A DNA stretch of 64,000 bases, taken from positions 207,142,001 through 207,206,000 of the forward strand of contig OZ024743.1 of the NCBI GenBank assembly GCA_964016885.1, read 5' to 3'. Source of the stretch: Eledone cirrhosa (taxonomy: Eukaryota). The notes below the pieces were generated by a model. That model made no database searches and was not told where the DNA came from. It worked only from the letters and a program-made list of their open reading frames with translations. Position numbers and translations under genes: made by a program. Shown here one piece after another: positions 1 through 10,936 of this stretch (its first letter is position 1; the number at the start of each line of letters is the position of its first letter).

Positions 1-1497
1 CTGATACTGATCCTTCGTACCATATATACACTACTGGGAGCTCATCCCACTGGTCAGCTCTGATACTGATCCTTGGTACCATATTTACACTGCTGGGAGC
101 TCATCCCACTGGTCAGCTCTGATACTGATCCTTGGTACCATATATACACTACTGGGAGCTCATCCCACTGGTCAGCTCTGATACTGATCCTTGGTACCAT
201 ATATACACTGAAGGGAGCTCATCCCACTGGTCAGCTCTGATACTCATCCTTGGTACCATATATACACTGAAGGGAGCTCATCCCACTGATCAGCTCTGAT
301 ACTCATCCTTGGTACCATATATACACTGAAGGGAGCTCATCCCACTGGTCAGCTCTGATACTCATCCTTGGTACCATATATACACTACTGGTAGCTCATC
401 CCACTGGTCAGCTCTGATACTGATCCTTGGTACCATATATACACTACTGGGAGCTCATCCCACTGGTCAGCTCTGATACTGATCCTTGGTACCATATATA
501 CACTGCTGGGAGCTCATCCCACTGGTCAGCTCTGATACTGATCCTTGGCACCATATATACACTGCTGGGAGCTCATCCCACTGGTCAGCTCTGATACTGA
601 TCCTTGGCACCATATATACACTGAAGGGAGCTCATCCCACTGGTCAGCTCTGATAGTGAACCTTGGTACCATATATACACTAAAGGGAGCTCATCCCACT
701 GGTCAGCTCTGATAGTGATCCTTGGTACCATATATACACTGAAGGGAGCTCATCCCACTGGTCAGCTCTGATACTGATCCTTGGCACCATATATACACTG
801 AAGGGAGCTCATCCCACTGGTCAGCTCTGATACTGATCCTTGGTACCATATATACACTGAAAGGAGCTCATCCCACTGGTCAGCTCTGATAGTGAACCTT
901 GGTACCATGTATACACTGAAGGGAGCTCATCCCACTGGTCAGCTCTGATAGTGATCCTTGGTACCATATATACACTGAAGGGAGCTCATCCCACTGGTCA
1001 GCTCTGATACTGATCCTTGGCACCATATATACACTGCAGGGAGCTCATCCCACTGGTCAGCTCTGATAGTGATCCTTGGTACCATATATACACTGCAGGG
1101 AGCTCATCCCACTAGTCAGCTCTGATAGTGATCCTTGGTACCATATATACACTGCTGGGAGCTCATCCCACTGGTCAGCTCTGATACTGATCCTTGGTAC
1201 CATATATACACTGCTGGGAGCTCATCCCACTGGTCAGCTCTGATAGTGATCCTTGGTACCATATATACACTGCTGGGAGCTCATCCTACTGGTCAGCTCT
1301 GATACTGATCCTTGGTACCATATATACACTGCAGGGAGCTCATCCCACTGGTCAGCTCTGATACTGATCCTTGGTACCATATATACACTGCAGGGAGCTC
1401 ATCCCACTGGTCAGCTCTGATACTGATCCTTGGTACCATATATACACTGCTGGGAGCTCATCCCACTGGTCAGCTCCAGCATACTGATCCTTGGCAC
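1..1497. repeat. 59-bp tandem minisatellite/satellite, about 25 copies, truncated by the left window edge
   Basis: Unit CTGATACTGATCCTTGGTACCATATATACACTGCTGGGAGCTCATCCCACTGGTCAGCT recurs with a 1-nt register shift per 60-nt line (period 59). Variation is confined to a few sites (ACT/GCT/GAA/GCA; TACTG/TAGTG; GGTACC/GGCACC). Confidence 0.97.
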
Positions 1498-1502
1498 CAA
1501 TG

Positions 1503-1533
1503 ATTTCTAATTTAGGCACAAGACCAGAAATTT
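1503..1533 (-). mobile_element. Short 3' fragment of the SINE family seen at 3566-3780
   Basis: The reverse complement AAATTTCTGGTCTTGTGCCTAAATTAGAAAT matches AATTGTTGGCCTTGTGCCTAATCAGAAA at about 3749-3777. Confidence 0.55.
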
Positions 1534-1840
1534 CTCTCTCCTGCTCTTTCTCTCTCTCTCTCACCTCTCTACAGTCTCTCTCTTGTGCTCTCTCTCTCTA
1601 CCCATCTATCCCACCCGCTCTCTCTTTCTGCTGTTCCCTAGCTCTCTGTCTCATGCTCTCTGCTCTCTCTCTCTCGTTTTGCCTTTCTCTCATGCCTGTT
1701 CTCTTTCTCTTTCTGTTGTTCCTATTCTCTCCTGTTCCCCGCTCTCTGTCTCATGCTCTCTCTCTCTCTCCTGCCCCATCTCTCTGTCTCCCCTATTCCC
1801 TTTCTCTCTCGCCTGCTATCTCTCCTGCTCTCCCTCTCTA
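1532..1840. repeat. Degenerate (CT)n polypyrimidine microsatellite
   Basis: CT/TC-rich runs seen directly. The overlapping Ser/Leu-rich ORFs are by-products. Confidence 0.9.
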
Positions 1841-2049
1841 TTTTGAGAAAGAACAACTCTCTCCTTATAGCCCCTCCCTCTCCTCCATCCAACACTATGT
1901 CACTGTCAGACAAGAAGTGGAGGAAAGGGAGACAATCATTACTGAACTACACTGTTTCTACCTCATCCTCCCCACCTCCACAATCCTCCACCTCCACCTT
2001 CTATGGTGTCTTTCATTATGTGTATAATATACTGTTTACATGTTAAGTA

Positions 2050-2389
2050 CCACATACATACACATACACACCTACACACATATACACACACCTACGCCAA
2101 CACACACATACGCCTACACCTACACATACACACCTACACCTACCTCCACACACACACACACACACACACCTACATTCCTCCCACTCCCACACATGTCCAC
2201 CCCACACACCTATACACACACACACATGTCCACCTCCACCCACTTACACATTCACCCACACCCAGACAAGAATCAAGCATACAGATTGCTCTCTCTTTCT
2301 CTCAGATATGTCAGTATGTATATAAATGTACATACTGACATACACATACATACTCACATAAACACATACACATGTATACATATGTATGG

Positions 2390-2434
<45 letters not shown>

Positions 2435-2519
2435 TCTATATATACACACATATACATGCATATATATATATATATATGTATATATATGTATATATAGAGA
2501 GAGAGAGAAAGAGAGAATG

Positions 2520-2552
<33 letters not shown>

Positions 2553-2666
2553 ATGATATATATATATATATATATATTTATACACACACACATATACATA
2601 TATATTAATATTAAAAAAGAAAGAAAAACAGACCCTTAAATATATTTTCAGTGCTATTTCGAATCT

Positions 2667-2754
<88 letters not shown>

Positions 2755-2770
2755 GAAGAAGAAGAAGATA
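2050..2770. repeat. Compound (CA)n/(TA)n/(GA)n/(CT)n microsatellite field
   Basis: Seen directly, including (CT)n-(AT)n-(AG)n at about 2675-2752. Confidence 0.92.
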
Positions 2771-2789
2771 TACATATAAGTGTGTGTGC

Positions 2790-2930
2790 TAAATTAACAG
2801 AGTTGTTAGAATGTCAGAAAGAATGATTTGTGGTATTTTCTGTGGCTCTCTGCACTCTGAATTCAAATCCTGCTGAGGTCAACTTTGACTTTCTTCTTTT
2901 TGAGGTCGGTAACAAGTACCATTACAGTAC
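2790..2930 (+). mobile_element. Degenerate tRNA-type SINE copy
   Basis: B-box-like GAATTCAAATCC (about 2859-2870) followed by GAGGTCAACTTTG...GAGGTCGGTAACAAGTACC. Homologous to the copy at 3566-3780. Confidence 0.65.
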
Positions 2931-2947
2931 TTAAAATATATATTTAG

Positions 2948-3300
2948 CTAAAAATCTTTTATCATAACTTCATGTAATAACCTTTGTTATGTTACTCTCC
3001 AGATACCAGCTTAATAATGAGAAAATTAGTTATATACCTAAATCCCTCCAAATTTTTGATTTTTTATTTTCAAAATAATTTAAAACCGATAGGCAATATC
3101 TTTCATTAGAAATATGGTAACAGAAGCGTCAAAGTGTTTATAGATATCTACAAACCTTTTATCATAATCTTATGTAAGAATCTTGGTTAAGTTATGCTCC
3201 AAAATCCAGCTTGATAATGAAAAGTCATTTATATAACTAAACCTTTCCAAATGCCATAGGCATTGTCTTTAATTAGAAATATGGTAATAGAATAATTAAA
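2948..3300 (+). repeat. Two tandem diverged copies of an AT-rich dispersed repeat (unclassified, possibly a non-autonomous DNA transposon)
   Basis: Copies at about 2948-3133 and 3150-3300 share CTTTTATCATAA, CCAGCTT(A/G)ATAATGA, ATAGGCA and TTAGAAATATGGTAA. A related inverted piece lies at about 3443-3560 and another copy at about 5915-6068. Confidence 0.7.
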
Positions 3301-3565
3301 GCAATAAATGTCAAGGTTAGATCCATAGATATATCTCACATCATTATAAGAGTGCAAAAAAATATATATATATAAAAGTCATATTTAACCAAGGCTCCTA
3401 CATGAAATTATGAAGGCAAGTTTTTAGATAAATATAAATACTTTAACCATTCCATTACAATATTTCTAATGAAAAACATTCTCCTTCATAAACTGATGTT
3501 TGCAACATAAAGATTCTTAAACAAATTTCTGATGGAAGGTTTTCAGATGAATATAAACTATTTAA

Positions 3566-3780
3566 TGGAGGATTGGCAGTATCAATTGAACATCAGACAA
3601 CATGCTTTGCAGTGTAGAGTTTATGGCTTTTTACTTTCTGAGTTCAAATCACGCCATGGTTAATTTAGCCTTACATCCTTACAGGGTTGATAAAATAAAG
3701 TACCAGTAACATACTGCGGTTGATTTAATTAACTTTCCCCTCCCCTAGAATTGTTGGCCTTGTGCCTAATCAGAAACCAT
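3566..3780 (+). mobile_element. tRNA-type SINE with a conserved central domain
   Basis: B-box GAGTTCAAATC (3640-3650), then AGCCTTACATCCTTACAGGGTTGATAAAATAAAGTACCAG, which resembles the conserved core of mollusc/metazoan SINEs (from recall; domain name unverified), then GGCCTTGTGCCTAATCAGAAA. Confidence 0.7.
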
Positions 3781-4446
3781 TATACAGCTTAATATTACAG
3801 AACCATGGACAGCTTCAGGCAGTTTGGTATCAAAAGTGTTTAGAAGTTACTCTGTTGAGTTTGATCTCAATGACAAAGAGATTATTAACAACAACAACAA
3901 CAAAATGTCACATCAGGTTGTATCACATGACCTGCTGTTATGTGTCAATTAACTTTGAATTACGAAAAAGGAAAAAATAACTAAAAATAAACAACAAAAA
4001 CAAACAATAAAATTGGTAAGTAATAGAAGAAGGACTGACAAAAAACAAATACACCCCAAAAATTAAACACACACACACACAATGAAGACCAACAAACAGA
4101 AAAGAGCCAGGTCATACACTGGCTGGAAACCAATGACAAGTTAGTTATGTCAAGTTGACACAATTAATAGTCTTGGTGTCATTTAGGGGAGGCGTGTCTC
4201 TTTAGTTCGATTTCACACAGGTACAAAGTGTGGTTTTTATTTTTCTTCTTGTCTCTTTCTTGCTGTAGAAACGGCCAAAACCGGTATTTAAAACAGCAAC
4301 TAATAATATCCTAAAAGCCACTCTTTTGTGAAAAATGTTACACTTACGCGTGTGTTCACATGCCAAATTGAATATATAAATACACGTTTGTATAAATAAC
4401 ACTATGTGTAAGCGTCAATGTATTTATGGTTGTGGTATAGGTATAG

Positions 4447-5230
4447 AATGTAGAAAATGAAGGAGAGCAAATATATACATATACATACATATATATACAC
4501 ATACATATATATATACATGTATATACATGTATATACATGGTGGCTGCCAACTCGTTTTCGAGTAAGGCCACTACTTTATATCCATGTAGGAGAACCCCTA
4601 CCAATGCGCTGAACGAGTGTGACTTTTTAGTCCAGCCAGCGACTTGAAAACTCTGGTACAAACACTACACTTGTGACAATTATTGACACATAGTGCTGGG
4701 CCCATGGTACCATGTGATGACAAGTGCAGAGAGATCTCCAGATATAAAGCAATGCCTGCGCCATGAAGCTTTTATAGTGAGCAAAGGCACTGCACAAAGC
4801 CAGTCCTACTCTCTTAACCAAGATATACATGTATATACATATATATATATATACATACATATATATATATATATATATTTGTGTGTGTATATGTATGTAT
4901 CTGTATATATTAGCTCTCCCTTCATTTTCTACATTTTATATATATGTATATATATATATATATATGTATGTATGTGTATATATATGTATGCATATATATA
5001 TACTCATACATACATAATATACATATATATGTGTGTGTGTATATATGTATGTATCTATATATTAGCTCTCCCTTCATTTTCTACATTTTATATATTTATA
5101 TATATATATATATAATGTAGAAAATGAAGGGAGAGCTAATATATACTGATACATACATATACACACACACATATATAAATGTATGTATGAGTATATATAT
5201 ATGCATACATATATATATACTCATACATAC
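4447..5230. repeat. Four copies of a ~30-bp motif in (TA/TG) microsatellites, two forming a long inverted repeat
   Basis: TATTAGCTCTCCCTTCATTTTCTACATT at about 4908-4935 and 5060-5087, with reverse-complement copies at about 4447-4475 and 5114-5141. Arms at about 4965-5087 and 5114-5230 are inverted. Confidence 0.85.
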
Positions 5231-5914
5231 ACAACTCACACACACACACATATATATATATATATGATGCTTCAAAATCAGTTTGTTGTATTAACGATAA
5301 ATCTTTCAACAATCCCAATAATATGGGCATTATTCCTCATGGAATCTGTTACGAAGCATGAAGAATTTAGCAGAAATGCATGGATAACAAGAATAACATC
5401 TTCTTGGCATTCTTATTTTCTCTGCACGCATTCATGTGGTTACTCCCCCCCCCCCCCCCCCCCCCCCCCCGCTCTCCCCACCTCTTTCTCCCCCCTGCTC
5501 TCTCCCTGTCTTCTCTCACACTGTGAAATTTATGGATGTTATCATGAAAATGTAACCCTAACCCAAACCTGAATCTATCCAAAAGTCGTTCTATATTTAA
5601 CTCCTGCTTCATAATTGATTCGACTCGTCTGCAAATCTCAAATCTGAAATCTCAACCGATATAGCCTTCTTATTCCGTTTGAGCTATCAAATTTATCCCC
5701 AGCAAAAACCAGAGGAGCCACACCCAGAAGTGGGGAAATGTAGTTACATAGAGAAAGGGAATTGTATTGTGTATCAACAACTGTAGGAGCTAAATCTTTC
5801 TTGGAAACATTCGCACCAATTCTTATTGCTTCTTAACTCTTTTGGCACCAAACTTTCTGAATCCCTTTTCCCCTGGTTCTATCGTTTAAAACTGGTGTTT
5901 TTAAAGTGTTTATA

Positions 5915-6068
5915 TTTATCTAAAACCCTTCCATCATAATTTTATATAAGAACCTTTGTTAAATTGTGTTTCAAACACTAGCTTAATAATGAGAAAATTC
6001 CTTTAAATTGTTGAATATTTTCAAAAATAATTGAAAGTCATAGGCAGTGTCTTTCTTTAAAATGATGG
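5915..6068 (+). repeat. Further copy of the AT-rich dispersed repeat
   Basis: Shares AGCTTAATAATGAGAAAATT, TTCAAAA(A)TAATT and ATAGGCA with 2948-3133. Confidence 0.65.
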
Positions 6069-6359
6069 CATCATCATCACCGTCATCATAATTTAATGTG
6101 TGTTTTCCCTGCTAGAAACAGTTAGAGAGATTGTCACTGAACAAATCAGGACTTAAGTTGTACTACTGACCAAGCAGATGAGCCTGAGTCCACATCTTAT
6201 TTACATATATTTCTCCACTAGTGCACTAGCACTAGTGAGGTTGTCATGTCTCTATAATTTCTATGACTTGATACCTTTCTTATCTATGCATCTTAGCCCC
6301 ACCTAGTTTGTGCATGTGCAGAACAGATGGCACTTGCTCAAGAACTGGCATACCAAAAT

Positions 6360-7520
6360 AATTCCTGTGAACTGAGCCTTGATGAACACCTCCCAGCACA
6401 CTGAATTCCTCATTAAACTCATTACCTACATTTACTTTACTGACAGCACCTCTGTACATAGCTTACACCACTCTCACAAGTCACTCATCTACACCCAGAT
6501 TCCTTAAGGACCACAAGGTAACAGAATATCGAACTCTGTCAAAGGCCTTCTCCAGATCAACAAAAGCTAAATACAGTGGTTTAAACTTAGCTAGGAACTT
6601 TTCTTGCAGTTGTCTCACCAAGAGGAGATAGTCTGTGATGCTCTTTCCTTCCTGGCACAAAACCAAACCGCATCTCATTTAATTTGACTCTTTCCCTAAT
6701 TAGTTGTGCTAATACTTTGTCACTTTCATAACTCGATCCACCAGTTTTACGCTATTATAGTTTCTCCTTTCTTATGCATTACCTTTTCCTTTGTAACTAT
6801 TGATAATTATATTGCTGCACCAGTTATTGGGTATGACACCATGGTGTATTACCTAATTGATTGTGTGGGTGACTAACTTCACTTCTACTTCCTCAGATGA
6901 TTTCAGCATCATCATCATTGTTTAATGTCCATTTTCCCCGCTAGCATGGGTTAGACGGGTTATCCAATTAGAGGCAAGTTGGGTCAGGTGACCGTGTCTT
7001 GCTCATATAGAACTATTTCTGGCTTGGTTTCTACAGCTGGATGCCTTTCCTAATGCCAACCATATTTACAGTGTGTGCTGAGTGCTTCTACACGATCACT
7101 TTACAGTGTTGGCTGGATGCTGACTATTGCTCATGAAGCTTTACCATCTTTCATTTCTTTGATTGCTTCTTTGACCCTATAACTGTCCATTCTAATAGCT
7201 GTCCCTTTTATTAAATCTACTGAAGGTAGTTCCTTTTTCTTCCCACTGATTCTCCACATTCATCAACCTCTTATAGTAACATTCCCAGGCCTCTTTCTTC
7301 TAAGAGTCAGTGAGACTTAGGCTGCTTGTGTAGTTCTAAACACACATCTCAATTCACACTGACACACCTTATGCTAAGTAAACCTGTTCTCTAACTACTC
7401 TTCTATCTTACTATTACTCTTTGTTGCTCCCTGTTTTCTAGTTTTTCCAGGCCTATCTATTATCTTTAATGGTTCAATCTTCAGCACAGTTCAAATACAA
7501 AGTCACCTTTTGTTTTGTCT
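6360..7520 (-). mobile_element. Decayed RTE-clade non-LTR retrotransposon, reverse-transcriptase fragment
   Basis: Minus-strand translation across stops and frameshifts gives VKEAIKEMKDGKA, GVIPNNWC...YKGKG, NYNSVKLVDRVMKV, EMRFGFVPGR, VRQLQEKFLAKFKPLYLAFVDLEKAFDRV (ORF 6481-6678) and GVHQGSV. These are typical RTE RT motifs in the correct order. Confidence 0.88.
6906..7105 (-). mobile_element. SINE-like insertion nested in the RTE remnant
   Basis: Interrupts the RT frame. Begins on the + strand with a (CAT)n tail and TTTAATGTCCATTTTCCCCGCTAGCATGGGTT, and contains GGTTTCTACAGCTGGATGCCTTTCCTAATGCCAACC. A similar (CAT)n tail lies at about 6069-6125. Confidence 0.6.
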
Positions 7521-7877
7521 GGCTGGTATTTTTCTCCTGCTACACTTCTCATTACTACACTGAAGCAAGTTGTCTTGTATATTAGTATATTAGTACTCTA
7601 CTTAGGATACCAGTAGTAGTGATGTGAGTGTGTAGGTATGTGTTTGTGTGTGTCCATACATATGTATGTGTGTGAGGCGTGCATGCATGTGTGTATATAG
7701 TACTAATTCACTATAACAGCTGCTGTAAAGTTAATAATGGAAACTTCTCACTTTATTGATAGAACTTGTCTGTTGTGTTTTTGTGTATTGATTCTGGCTA
7801 AACTATATATTTCAAGGAGGGAGAGGGACTGTATTAGGTAAATAACTAATTCTATGCTAGATGTCTATGTCTGCATA

Positions 7878-7925
<48 letters not shown>

Positions 7926-8069
7926 GGGGGGGGGTGTATCTATGTGTGTTTGTCTCTTTCTATATATAGATATGTAGATGCTTGTGCATGTGTGCATGTG
8001 TTTGTATACACATGTAAGCAGCAATTCAGTAATTATGTATGTATGTGTGTATATATGCATGTTGTTATA

Positions 8070-8675
8070 CTTTGGTAGGGCCATGCTGCCAATAAAAACA
8101 CATGCACCTGTTGGTTTTCATTTCAATTTATTGTAAATTTCCAGTTGGTTGGTTCGATAACTGGATGGTCGTTTATATATTGTCAAAGCTCTTTGTCACA
8201 CATTTTGTGACCTCCTCAGTGACTAGGTTTTTATTTTGTGTCTCTCCTTTGTTCTGTCCTACACCATCTTGTTTTTGTGTGTTGTGTGTTATGTGCTTAG
8301 CTTGCACATGCGTTACATCCGGGTGTGTGTGTATATTTTTATTTATTTATTCATGTATTTATTTACTTGTCACTAGGTGGTTGTTTGTTCTATCTGTGTG
8401 TGTCTGATTTGTTTTGTTAGTTTGGTTTTTGTGTATGTCTGTATGTCTTCATTTTCTCCTTAATTACTAGTTGTGATGTTGCTATTCCACTCATGTTTTC
8501 TGTTTAATTTTGGCTGGAGTTCGTTTGTTTGTCGCCTCTGTGATTTGTCTGAGCATTGCATCTTTTCTGTGTGAGGATATAATTTTTATCTCTAAGTGTG
8601 TGTGTTCTCTAATGTGCCACTATTTTCTATTTTGGCATGTTGGTGGAGTACTGATGAGTTTTTCCCATCCTGGAG
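8070..8675 (-). mobile_element. Decayed Penelope-like element 3' end (GIY-YIG C-terminus, 3' UTR and hammerhead relic)
   Basis: Minus strand at about 8669-8460 reads DGKNSSVLHQHAKIE.../HLEIKIISSHRKDAMLRQITEA.../KLNRKHEWN across frameshifts, matching the PLE endonuclease C-terminal RQI.EA and LN.K.EW pattern. It is followed by a hammerhead-like motif and AATAAA. Confidence 0.7.
8182..8223 (-). ncRNA. Degenerate minimal type-I hammerhead ribozyme
   Basis: Minus strand: GTCA-CTGAGGA-G-GTCACA-AAATG-TGTGAC-AAAG-AGCTT-TGAC. Stems I and II are present, but the expected CGAAA lacks CG. Confidence 0.55.
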
Positions 8676-8719
8676 TTCTTGCCAGTGTTCACTTATGCTC
8701 TAGTGTTCACTTATGCTCA

Positions 8720-8787
8720 ATTAAGCTCCAAGTATAAAAATACTGAGCCGATTAATAATTTTATAATTTTTATACTTGGAGCTTAAT
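8720..8787. repeat. Perfect 22-bp inverted repeat with a 24-bp spacer
   Basis: ATTAAGCTCCAAGTATAAAAAT (8720-8741) and ATTTTTATACTTGGAGCTTAAT (8766-8787), preceded by a direct duplication of AGTGTTCACTTATGCTC. Confidence 0.9.
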
Positions 8788-8992
8788 AGTTACAGGGTTC
8801 CAATTGGAGTTTTAACTCTAATTTTCATATATATTTCTGCTCCCTCACAAGTTGAGCTTATTAAGTTGTGTGTGTTGGACTGTTATTTCTATTCAATACG
8901 CGCTTACCACGTTTGACTAGCGGCGCACGAGGTGACAAATTCATCTTTCTGTGTGAACGTTGGCAAATAGTGTTTGTTGCATTTAATCAGAT

Positions 8993-9072
8993 TCTCTCGC
9001 TGATGATGCCCAGGATTATCTGTTACAAACACACTCAGGGCGAAACAGATTAGGGATAATCTGTCCGAGAGA
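8993..9072 (+). ncRNA. Intact-looking type-I hammerhead ribozyme
   Basis: Stem I TCTCTCG/CGAGAGA; core CTGATGA (9000-9006) plus T; stem II GCCC/GGGC; GAAA (9042-9045); stem III CAGATTA/TAATCTG with a GGGA loop; GTC cleavage triplet, predicted cut after 9065. Confidence 0.9.
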
Positions 9073-9280
9073 TATAATGGTTATTGAGGCGGTTTGTATA
9101 ATAATATATTTTTATTTTATCATTCTATCTGCTTCTTGGTTAAATATTTCAAACAAATGTGGTTTTTCAACCCTTGTAATTTTAGACACACGGTTTACTG
9201 TGTTTCTTACTATATATTATATATATATATATAAATAATGAATAATAACAGGTAGACATCATAAAAAGGTAATTTATTCC

Positions 9281-10447
9281 GTGTGCTTACAAGTGTTTCC
9301 ACGGTGGTACTACAGCCTAGTTATGCTATGTGCAAATTCCCAAGTACTTGCAGAACTCAACTATATAAACTTTAACTCCAACCACCCACTCTCCATGATC
9401 AAATCAGTTCCCCGGAGTATTTCTCTTAGAATCTCTCGCCTATCGTCTAACTCTGATAATTTTAGTGAACACGCTGAATACTACAATAATGCATTAAGGA
9501 AGGCTGACCACCGGGATACAATAGAATACATTGATAGGAATTTCCATAACACACATAGCTCTACACGAAATCAAGGAATACGTAACCGGGGGACTAAAAT
9601 ACAAGCGCACACACACAGTACTACCAGACATACTAATAATAGAAAATCACCACCAAATAAATCACGTTCTAGAAAGTATATCTGGTACAATCCTATTTTT
9701 AATGCCTCGATTAGTACAAAACTATCTCTTTCATTCTTTAAGTTAATCAACAAACACTTCCCTAGTTCCCATAAATACAGCAAAATTCTGAACTCTAAAA
9801 CTATTAGACTATCATACTCCACGGCACCAATCCTTGAAGCATACATAAAAAAACTTAACTTAAGGCAATTAAACAACTCTACAAAACAAAACATTTTAGT
9901 AACAGATGGGCAGAACGCAATATCTGCCTCCCAACCACTGAATGGGAGGCGGGTATTACACAACCCACCTGTACTGCTATCCCAACCTATCCATGGTATA
10001 CCCGCTACCCACAACAAAGAATGTAACTGCCATCTACCTGAAAGATGTCCATTGAAGAATGAATGCCTAAAGTCCAACATTGTTTACCAATGCACGGTTG
10101 AATCGAACGACCAGAAATGGTATTATATCAGATCTACCACCACCTCGTTTAAATCTCGCTGGTACCGTCATCGATTCTCAATCAAACATCCGAATCACCG
10201 TTTTGTGACCACGCTCGCCAACAAGACCTGGCAACTCCGTGAACACAACCAACAGTTCACCTTAAAATGGGATATACTTTCCAGCGCAAGTGCATATCGG
10301 AGTGGATTGAAGTACTGCAGGTTATGTAACCTTGAGCTCTTTTACATATTAAAATCCCAAAACAAACTACTTAACGATAGAATTGAACGATCATTATACT
10401 GCAACCACAAACTAAAAGCTAAATTGTCTCACTATAAAATAACTTAA
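9281..10447 (+). pseudogene. Truncated PLE ORF: RT thumb, linker and GIY-YIG endonuclease (YIG changed to YIR)
   Basis: YINFNSNHP..IKSVP..IS.RI..LSS; WYNP.F; KHFP..H...KI.N..TI.LSYS; CNC....CPL...CL..NIVYQ; YIRST...FK.R...H; C.LC..E; LLN.R.E...C.H. The first ~27 codons come from the inverted pLTR and the RT catalytic core is absent. Confidence 0.85.
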
Positions 10448-10936
10448 CATTCGAACCCGTAACTATAACACCGCTTTCTAGCTAACCACCTTCTCTTCCC
10501 ACCACACTACAAGACAATACACTGCTTATCACTATAAATGGTAACTCAGTGCAATTCCTAGATTACTACTACAAACCCAAAGTTCACTCACCACACAAAC
10601 TTCGTCTGTCCCCTCTCTACCTCTCTCTCTACATCCATTACACTCTCTCTCTCGCCTTTGGCCTACCTCCCTCTCAACATCTATGAACCTGCCCTCTGGG
10701 GCAATAAATAATTCCGACCTTAACTATCAACGCATCTCTCCAAAAGTAACCAGTATAATAAAACCCCTACCATAACATTTTGATTAAGATATCTTCAAAC
10801 CACTCTCTCCTACTTCTCCAGCCCCTGCATATCTTTCTCTCTCTCTCCCTCTCCCCTACTTTTCTCTCTTCCTTTTCTACTCTATCTTCCCCAACAACCC
10901 CACTTAAGGGTATTTACATTGTACATTTTACCATTC

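Noticed and set aside
1-1497. CRISPR array or tandem hammerhead (retrozyme) interpretation of the 59-bp repeat
   Set aside because: No unique spacers and no cas genes, in a eukaryotic context. There is no CTGANGA plus GAAA core on either strand.
4259-4300. CTGTAGAAACGGCCAAAACCGGTA as a further hammerhead
   Set aside because: It only loosely resembles a CGAAACCGGTA end. There is no intact CTGANGA or GAAA and no convincing stem II.
5553-5570. TAACCCTAACCCAAACCT as a telomere
   Set aside because: Only about two or three imperfect units; at most an interstitial trace.
1312-5612. Short ORFs rich in S/L, H/T, Y/I or C/V
   Set aside because: They are translations of the satellite and of (CT)n, (CA)n and (TA)n microsatellites, with no domain signal.
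9531-10080. Overlapping ORFs 9531-9746 (+) and 9571-10080 (-)
   Set aside because: Shadow frames of the PLE ORF with no independent motifs.
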